A stretch of DNA of 26,805 nt from Utricularia gibba. Lineage: Eukaryota; Plantae; Magnoliophyta. The notes beneath the pieces are model-generated. The model did no database searches, was not told where the DNA came from, and saw nothing but the letters and a program-made list of their open reading frames with translations. The DNA lies in assembly GCA_002189035.1 (NCBI GenBank), contig NEEC01000317.1, forward strand, positions 1 to 26,805, written 5' to 3'. Each line of letters opens with the position of its first letter. Position 1 is the stretch's first letter. This document shows, one piece after another, positions 14,382 through 23,500 of this stretch. The position numbers and the translations under genes are program-made.

Positions 14382-17300
14382 TGCCTCAGGTGCGGTCCAA
14401 CCCACACCTCATGATGGCCTCGTGCACTGCTTGGTATCTCGTCGATATCTTGCAAACCGTAGTGAGTCACGCTTTGCTTGATATAGCGTTACGAAGCTCG
14501 CTCCGAGCCGGTCGAATTTCGTGTTCAAAGTTTCTCCATCCGACGAACCGTTACAGCTCGTATTTTTGCCTGATAATAGCCCACACTTGTGCCACAAAGT
14601 GGCCACCACGTACGCGACAATGCGACTGAGGACACCGCAATCGACGCGAATGTCATTTCATGCATGCAAAACAAATGCATTTCATTCGACGATGTTAAAT
14701 TTCGGATTTCGAGGCGATCCGTTACAGTGCCTCAGGTGCGGTCCAACCCACACCTCATGATGGCCTCGTGCACTGCTTGGTATCTCGTCGATATCTTGCA
14801 AACCGTAGTGAGTCACGCTTTGCTTGATATAGCGTTACGAAGCTCGCTCCGAGCCGGTCGAATTTCGTGTTCAAAGTTTCTCCATCCGACGAACCGTTAC
14901 AGCTCGTATTTTTGCCTGATAATAGCCCACACTTGTGCCACAAAGTGGCCACCACGTACGCGACAATGCGACTGAGGACACCGCAATCGACGCGAATGTC
15001 ATTTCATGCATGCAAAACAAATGCATTTCATTCGACGATGTTAAATTTCGGATTTCGAGGCGATCCGTTACAGTGCCTCAGGTGCGGTCCAACCCACACC
15101 TCATGATGGCCTCGTGCACTGCTTGGTATCTCGTCGATATCTTGCAAACCGTAGTGAGTCACGCTTTGCTTGATATAGCGTTACGAAGCTCGCTCCGAGC
15201 CGGTCGAATTTCGTGTTCAAAGTTTCTCCATCCGACGAACCGTTACAGCTCGTATTTTTGCCTGATAATAGCCCACACTTGTGCCACAAAGTGGCCACCA
15301 CGTACGCGACAATGCGACTGAGGACACCGCAATCGACGCGAATGTCATTTCATGCATGCAAAACAAATGCATTTCATTCGACGATGTTAAATTTCGGATT
15401 TCGAGGCGATCCGTTACAGTGCCTCAGGTGCGGTCCAACCCACACCTCATGATGGCCTCGTGCACTGCTTGGTATCTCGTCGATATCTTGCAAACCGTAG
15501 TGAGTCACGCTTTGCTTGATATAGCGTTACGAAGCTCGCTCCGAGCCGGTCGAATTTCGTGTTCAAAGTTTCTCCATCCGACGAACCGTTACAGCTCGTA
15601 TTTTTGCCTGATAATAGCCCACACTTGTGCCACAAAGTGGCCACCACGTACGCGACAATGCGACTGAGGACACCGCAATCGACGCGAATGTCATTTCATG
15701 CATGCAAAACAAATGCATTTCATTCGACGATGTTAAATTTCGGATTTCGAGGCGATCCGTTACAGTGCCTCAGGTGGGTCCAACCCACACCTCATGATGG
15801 CCTCGTGCACTGCTTGGTATCTCGTCGATATCTTGCAAACCGTAGTGAGTCACGCTTTGCTTGATATAGCGTTACGAAGCTCGCTCCGAGCCGGTCGAAT
15901 TTCGTGTTCAAAGTTTCTCCATCCGACGAACCGTTACAGCTCGTATTTTTGCCTGATAATAGCCCACACTTGTGCCACAAAGTGGCCACCACGTACGCGA
16001 CAATGCGACTGAGGACACCGCAATCGACGCGAATGTCATTTCATGCATGCAAAACAAATGCATTTCATTCGACGATGTTAAATTTCGGATTTCGAGGCGA
16101 TCCGTTACAGTGCCTCAGGTGCGGTCCAACCCACACCTCATGATGGCCTCGTGCACTGCTTGGTATCTCGTCGATATCTTGCAAACCGTAGTGAGTCACG
16201 CTTTGCTTGATATAGCGTTACGAAGCTCGCTCCGAGCCGGTCGAATTTCGTGTTCAAAGTTTCTCCATCCGACGAACCGTTACAGCTCGTATTTTTGCCT
16301 GATAATAGCCCACACTTGTGCCACAAAGTGGCCACCACGTACGCGACAATGCGACTGAGGACACCGCAATCGACGCGAATGTCATTTCATGCATGCAAAA
16401 CAAAATGCATTTCATTCGACGATGTTAAATTTCGGATTTCGAGGCGATCCGTTACAGTGCCTCAGGTGCGGTCCAACCCACACCTCATGATGGCCTCGTG
16501 CATGCTTGGTATCTCGTCGATATCTTGCAAACCGTAGTGAGTCACGCTTTGCTTGATATAGCGTTACGAAGCTCGCTCCGAGCCGGTCGAATTTCGTGTT
16601 CAAAGTTTCTCCATCCGACGAACCGTTACAGCTCGTATTTTTGCCTGATAATAGCCCACACTTGTGCCACAAAGTGGCCACCACGTACGCGACAATGCGA
16701 CTGAGGACACCGCAATCGACGCGAATGTCATTTCATGCATGCAAAACAAATGCATTTCATTCGACGATGTTAAATTTCGGATTTCGAGGCGATCCGTTAC
16801 AGTGCCTCAGGTGGTCCAACCCACACCTCATGATGGCCTCGTGCACTTTGGTATCTCGTCGATATCTTGAAACCGTAGTGAGTCACGCTTTGCTTGATAT
16901 AGCGTTTCGAAGCTCGCTCCGAGCCGGTCGAATTTCGTGTTCAAAGTTTCTCCATCCGACGAACCGTTACAGCTCGTATTTTTGCCTGATAATAGCCCAC
17001 ACTTGTGCCACAAAGTGGCCACCACGTACGCGACAATGCGACTGAGGACACCGCAATCGACGCGAATGTCATTTCATGCATGCAAAACAAATGCATTTCA
17101 TTGGACGATGTTAAATTTCGGATTTCGAGGCGATCCGTTACAGTGCCTCAGTGTGGTCCAACCCACACCTCATGATGGCCTCGTGCACTGCTTGGTATCT
17201 CGTCGATATCTTGCAAACCGTAGTGAGTCACGCTTTGCTTGATATAGCGTTACGAAGCTCGCTCCGAGCCGGTCGAATTTCGTGTTCAAAGTTTCTCCAT

Positions 17301-17535
17301 CCGACGAACCGTTACAGCTCGTATTTTTGCCTGATAATAGCCCACACTTGTGCCACAAAGTGGCCACCACGTACGCGACAATGCGACTGAGGACACCGCA
17401 ATCGACGCGAATGTCATTTCATGCATGCAAAACAAATGCATTTCATTCGACGATGTTAAATTTCGGATTTCGAGGCGATCCGTTACAGTGCCTCAGGTGC
17501 GGTCCAACCCACACCTCATGATGGCCTCGTGCACT

Positions 17536-17592
17536 GTGGTAGAGTGAGTCAGCTGCTTGATATAGCGTCGGCCCGTGTTCGAATTTCTATCG
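17536..17592. other. Collapsed, garbled monomer segment (about 53 bp missing); probable read-quality dropout
   Basis: Unit spacing falls to about 293 bp. The remaining bases are largely an ordered subsequence of the consensus, with several separate gaps rather than one clean deletion. Similar patches occur at 431-438, 18362-18466, 24775-24781 and 26484-26503. Confidence 0.65.
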
Positions 17593-20500
17593 ACGAACCG
17601 TTACAGCTCGTATTTTTGCCTGATAATAGCCACACTTGTGCCACAAAGTGGCCACCACGTACGCGACAATGCGACTGAGGACACCGCAATCGACGCGAAT
17701 GTCATTTCATGCATGCAAAACAAATGCATTTCATTCGACGATGTTAAATTTCGGATTTCGAGGCGATCCGTTACAGTGCCTCAGGTGGTCCAACCCACAC
17801 CTCATGATGGCCTCGTGCACTGCTTGGTATCTCGTCGATATCTTGCAAACCGTAGTGAGTCACGCTTTGCTTGATATAGCGTTCGAAGCTCGCTCCGAGC
17901 CGGTCGAATTTCGTGTTCAAAGTTTCTCCATCCGACGAACCGTTACAGCTCGTATTTTTGCCTGATAATAGCCCACACTTGTGCCACAAAGTGGCCACCA
18001 CGTACGCGACAATGCGACTGAGGACACCGCAATCGACGCGAATGTCATTTCATGCATGCAAAAACAAATGCATTTCATTCGACGATGTTAAATTTCGGAT
18101 TTCGAGGCGATCCGTTACAGTGCCTCAGGTGCGGTCCAACCCACACCTCATGATGGCCTCGTGCACTGCTTGGTATCTCGTCGATATCTTGCAAACCGTA
18201 GTGAGTCACGCTTTGCTTGATATAGCGTTACGAAGCTCGCTCCGAGCCGGTCGAATTTCGTGTTCAAAGTTTCTCCATCCGACGAACCGTTACAGCTCGT
18301 ATTTTTGCCTGATAATAGCCCACACTTGTGCCACAAAGTGGCCACCACGTACGCGACAATGCGAGGACACCGCAATCGACGCGAATGTCATTTCATGCAT
18401 GCAAAACAAATGCATTTCATCGACAATTTCGGATTTCGAGGCGAAGTGCCTCAGGTGGTCCAACCACACCTCATGATGGCCTCGTGCACTGCTTGGTATC
18501 TCGTCGATATCTTGCAAACCGTAGTGAGTCACGCTTTGCTTGATATAGCGTTCGAAGCTCGCTCCGAGCCGGTCGAATTTCGTGTTCAAAGTTTCTCCAT
18601 CCGACGAACCGTTACAGCTCGTATTTTTGCCTGATAATAGCCCACACTTGTGCCACAAAGTGGCCACCACGTACGCGACAATGCGACTGAGGACACCGCA
18701 ATCGACGCGAATGTCATTTCATGCATGCAAAACAAATGCATTTCATTCGACGATGTTAAATTTCGGATTTCGAGGCGATCCGTTACAGTGCCTCAGTGCG
18801 GTCCAACCCACACCTCATGATGGCCTCGTGCACTGCTTGGTATCTCGTCGATATCTTGCAAACCGTAGTGAGTCACGCTTTGCTTGATATAGCGTTACGA
18901 AGCTCGCTCCGAGCCGGTCGAATTTCGTGTTCAAAGTTTCTCCATCCGACGAACCGTTACAGCTCGTATTTTTGCCTGATAATAGCCCACACTTGTGCCA
19001 CAAAGTGGCCACCACGTACGCGACAATGCGACTGAGGACACCGCAATCGACGCGAATGTCATTTCATGCATGCAAAACAAATGCATTTCATTGGACGATG
19101 TTAAATTTCGGATTTCGAGGCGATCCGTTACAGTGCCTCAGGTGCGGTCCAACCCACACCTCATGATGGCCTCGTGCACTGCTTGGTATCTCGTCGATAT
19201 CTTGCAAACCGTAGTGAGTCACGCTTTGCTTGATATAGCGTTACGAAGCTCGCTCCGAGCCGGTCGAATTTCGTGTTCAAAGTTTCTCCATCCGACGAAC
19301 CGTTACAGCTCGTATTTTTGCCTGATAATAGCCCACACTTGTGCCACAAAGTGGCCACCACGTACGCGACAATGCGACTGAGGACACCGCAATCGACGCG
19401 AATGTCATTTCATGCATGCAAAACAAATGCATTTCATTCGACGATGTTAAATTTCGGATTTCGAGGCGATCCGTTACAGTGCCTCAGGTGGTCCAACCCA
19501 CACCTCATGATGGCCTCGTGCACTGCTTGGTATCTCGTCGATATCTTGCAAACCGTAGTGAGTCACGCTTTGCTTGATATAGCTTACGAAGCTCGCTCCG
19601 AGCCGGTCGAATTTCGTGTTCAAAGTTTCTCCATCCGACGAACCGTTACAGCTCGTATTTTTGCCTGATAATAGCCACACTTGTGCCACAAAGTGGCCAC
19701 CACGTACGCGACAATGCGACTGAGGACACCGCAATCGACGCGAATGTCATTTCATGCATGCAAAACAAATGCATTTCATTCGACGATGTTAAATTTCGGA
19801 TTTCGAGGCGATCCGTTACAGTGCCTCAGGTGGTCCAACCCACACCTCATGATGGCCTCGTGCACCTTGGTATCTCGTCGATATCTTGCAAACCGTAGTG
19901 AGTCACGCTTTGCTTGATATAGCGTTCGAAGCTCGCTCCGAGCCGGTCGAATTTCGTGTTCAAAGTTTCTCCATCCGACGAACCGTTACAGCTCGTATTT
20001 TTGCCTGATAATAGCCCACACTTGTGCCACAAAGTGGCCACCACGTACGCGACAATGCGACTGAGGACACCGCAATCGACGCGAATGTCATTTCATGCAT
20101 GCAAAACAAATGCATTTCATTCGACGATGTTAAATTTCGGATTTCGAGGCGATCCGTTACAGTGCCTCAGGTGCGGTCCAACCCACACCTCATGATGGCC
20201 TCGTGCACTGCTTGGTATCTCGTCGATATCTTGCAAACCGTAGTGAGTCACGCTTTGCTTGATATAGCGTTACGAAGCTCGCTCCGAGCCGGTCGAATTT
20301 CGTGTTCAAAGTTTCTCCATCCGACGAACCGTTACAGCTCGTATTTTTGCCTGATAATAGCCCACACTTGTGCCACAAAGTGGCCACCACGTACGCGACA
20401 ATGCGACTGAGGACACCGCAATCGACGCGAATGTCATTTCATGCATGCAAAACAAATGCATTTCATTCGACGATGTTAAATTTCGGATTTCGAGGCGATC

Positions 20501-23500
20501 CGTTACAGTGCCTCAGGTGCGGTCCAACCCACACCTCATGATGGCCTCGTGCACTGCTTGGTATCTCGTCGATATCTTGCAAACCGTAGTGAGTCACGCT
20601 TTGCTTGATATAGCGTTCGAAGCTCGCTCCGAGCCGGTCGAATTTCGTGTTCAAAGTTTCTCCATCCGACGAACCGTTACAGCTCGTATTTTTGCCTGAT
20701 AATAGCCCACACTTGTGCCACAAAGTGGCCACCACGTACGCGACAATGCGACTGAGGACACCGCAATCGACGCGAATGTCATTTCATGCATGCAAAACAA
20801 ATGCATTTCATTCGACGATGTTAAATTTCGGATTTCGAGGCGATCCGTTACAGTGCCTCAGGTGGTCCAACCCACACCTCATGATGGCCTCGTGCACTGC
20901 TTGGTATCTCGTCGATATCTTGCAAACCGTAGTGAGTCACGCTTTGCTTGATATAGCGTTACGAAGCTCGCTCCGAGCCGGTCGAATTTCGTGTTCAAAG
21001 TTTCTCCATCCGACGAACCGTTACAGCTCGTATTTTTGCCTGATAATAGCCCACACTTGTGCCACAAAGTGGCCACCACGTACGCGACAATGCGACTGAG
21101 GACACCGCAATCGACGCGAATGTCATTTCATGCATGCAAAACAAATGCATTTCATTCGACGATGTTAAATTTCGGATTTCGAGGCGATCCGTTACAGTGC
21201 CTCAGGTGCGGTCCAACCCACACCTCATGATGGCCTCGTGCACTTTTGGTATCTCGTCGATATCTTGCAAACCGTAGTGAGTCACGCTTTGCTTGATATA
21301 GCGTTACGAAGCTCGCTCCGAGCCGGTCGAATTTCGTGTTCAAAGTTTCTCCATCCGACGAACCGTTACAGCTCGTATTTTTGCCTGATAATAGCCCACA
21401 CTTGTGCCACAAAGGCCACCACGTACGCGACAATGCGACTGAGGACACCGCAATCGACGCGAATGTCATTTCATGCATGCAAAACAAATGCATTTCATTC
21501 GACGATGTTAAATTTCGGATTTCGAGGCGATCCGTTACAGTGCCTCAGGTGCGGTCCAACCCACACCTCATGATGGCCTCGTGCACTGCTTGGTATCTCG
21601 TCGATATCTTGCAAACCGTAGTGAGTCACGCTTTGCTTGATATAGCGTTACGAAGCTCGCTCCGAGCCGGTCGAATTTCGTGTTCAAAGTTTCTCCATCC
21701 GACGAACCGTTACAGCTCGTATTTTTGCCTGATAATAGCCCACACTTGTGCCACAAAGTGGCCACCACGTACGCGACAATGCGACTGAGGACACCACAAT
21801 CGACGCGAATGTCATTTCATGCATGCAAAACAAATGCATTTCATTCGACGATGTTAAATTTCGGATTTCGAGGCGATCCGTTACAGTGCCTCAGGTGCGG
21901 TCCAACCCACACCTCATGATGGCCTCGTGCACTGCTTGGTATCTCGTCGATATCTTGCAAACCGTAGTGAGTCACGCTTTGCTTGATATAGCGTTCGAAG
22001 CTCGCTCCGAGCCGGTCGAATTTCGTGTTCAAAGTTTCTCCATCCGACGAACCGTTACAGCTCGTATTTTTGCCTGATAATAGCCCACACTTGTGCCACA
22101 AAGTGGCCACCACGTACGCGACAATGCGACTGAGGACACCGCAATCGACGCGAATGTCATTTCATGCATGCAAAACAAATGCATTTCATTCGACGATGTT
22201 AAATTTCGGATTTCGAGGCGATCCGTTACAGTGCCTCAGGTGCGGTCCAACCCACACCTCATGATGGCCTCGTGCACTGCTTGGTATCTCGTCGATATCT
22301 TGCAAACCGTAGTGAGTCACGCTTTGCTTGATATAGCGTTACGAAGCTCGCTCCGAGCCGGTCGAATTTCGTGTTCAAAGTTTCTCCATCCGACGAACCG
22401 TTACAGCTCGTATTTTTGCCTGATAATAGCCCACACTTGTGCCACAAAGTGGCCACCACGTACGCGACAATGCGACTGAGGACACCGCAATCGACGCGAA
22501 TGTCATTTCATGCATGCAAAACAAATGCATTTCATTCGACGATGTTAAATTTCGGATTTCGAGGCGATCCGTTACAGTGCCTCAGGTGGTCCAACCCACA
22601 CCTCATGATGGCCTCGTGCACTTTGGTATCTCGTCGATATCTTGCAAACCGTAGTGAGTCACGCTTTGCTTGATATAGCGTTCGAAGCTCGCTCCGAGCC
22701 GGTCGAATTTCGTGTTCAAAGTTTCTCCATCCGACGAACCGTTACAGCTCGTATTTTTGCCTGATAATAGCCCACACTTGTGCCACAAAGTGGCCACCAC
22801 GTACGCGACAATGCGACTGAGGACACCGCAATCGACGCGAATGTCATTTCATGCATGCAAAACAAATGCATTTCATTGGACGATGTTAAATTTCGGATTT
22901 CGAGGCGATCCGTTACAGTGCCTCAGGTTGGTCCAACCCACACCTCATGATGGCCTCGTGCACTGCTTGGTATCTCGTCGATATCTTACAAACCGTAGTG
23001 AGTCACGCTTTGCTTGATATAGCGTTACGAAGCTCGCTCCGAGCCGGTCGAATTTCGTGTTCAAAGTTTCTCCATCCGACGAACCGTTACAGCTCGTATT
23101 TTTGCCTGATAATAGCCCACACTTGTGCCACAAAGTGGCCACCACGTACGCGACAATGCGACTGAGGACACCGCAATCGACGCGAATGTCATTTCATGCA
23201 TGCAAAACAAATGCATTTCATTCGACGATGTTAAATTTCGGATTTCGAGGCGATCCGTTACAGTGCCTCAGGTGCGGTCCAACCCACACCTCATGATGGC
23301 CTCGTGCACTGTTTGGTATCTCGTCGATATCTTGCAAACCGTAGTGAGTCACGCTTTGCTTGATATAGCGTTACGAAGCTCGCTCCGAGCCGGTCGAATT
23401 TCGTGTTCAAAGTTTCTCCATCCGACGAACCGTTACAGCTCGTATTTTTGCCTGATAATAGCCCACACTTGTGCCACAAAGTGGCCACCACGTACGCGAC

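Larger units (their letters stand above)
14106..14451 (+). repeat. Representative consensus monomer, 346 bp, 49.7% GC, CpG-rich
   Basis: Read base by base. The next copy starts at 14452 (=14106+346), and neighbouring copies give identical translations in the ORF track. Monomer position n = window position minus 14105. Confidence 0.97.

Noticed and set aside
14398-14410. Yeast-type telomeric C1-3A repeat (AACCCACACC)
   Set aside because: It is only two isolated short motifs per monomer, not a tract.
14106-14451. CENP-B box
   Set aside because: TTCG occurs many times, but none is followed by the NNNNANNCGGG spacing on either strand.
14106-15143. Neo-like or rolling-circle endless ORF
   Set aside because: All three frames on both strands contain stops (plus strand: monomer 9, 12, 33, 120, 123, 126; 28, 307; 176, 245). 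With a 3n+1 unit a ribosome would visit every frame.
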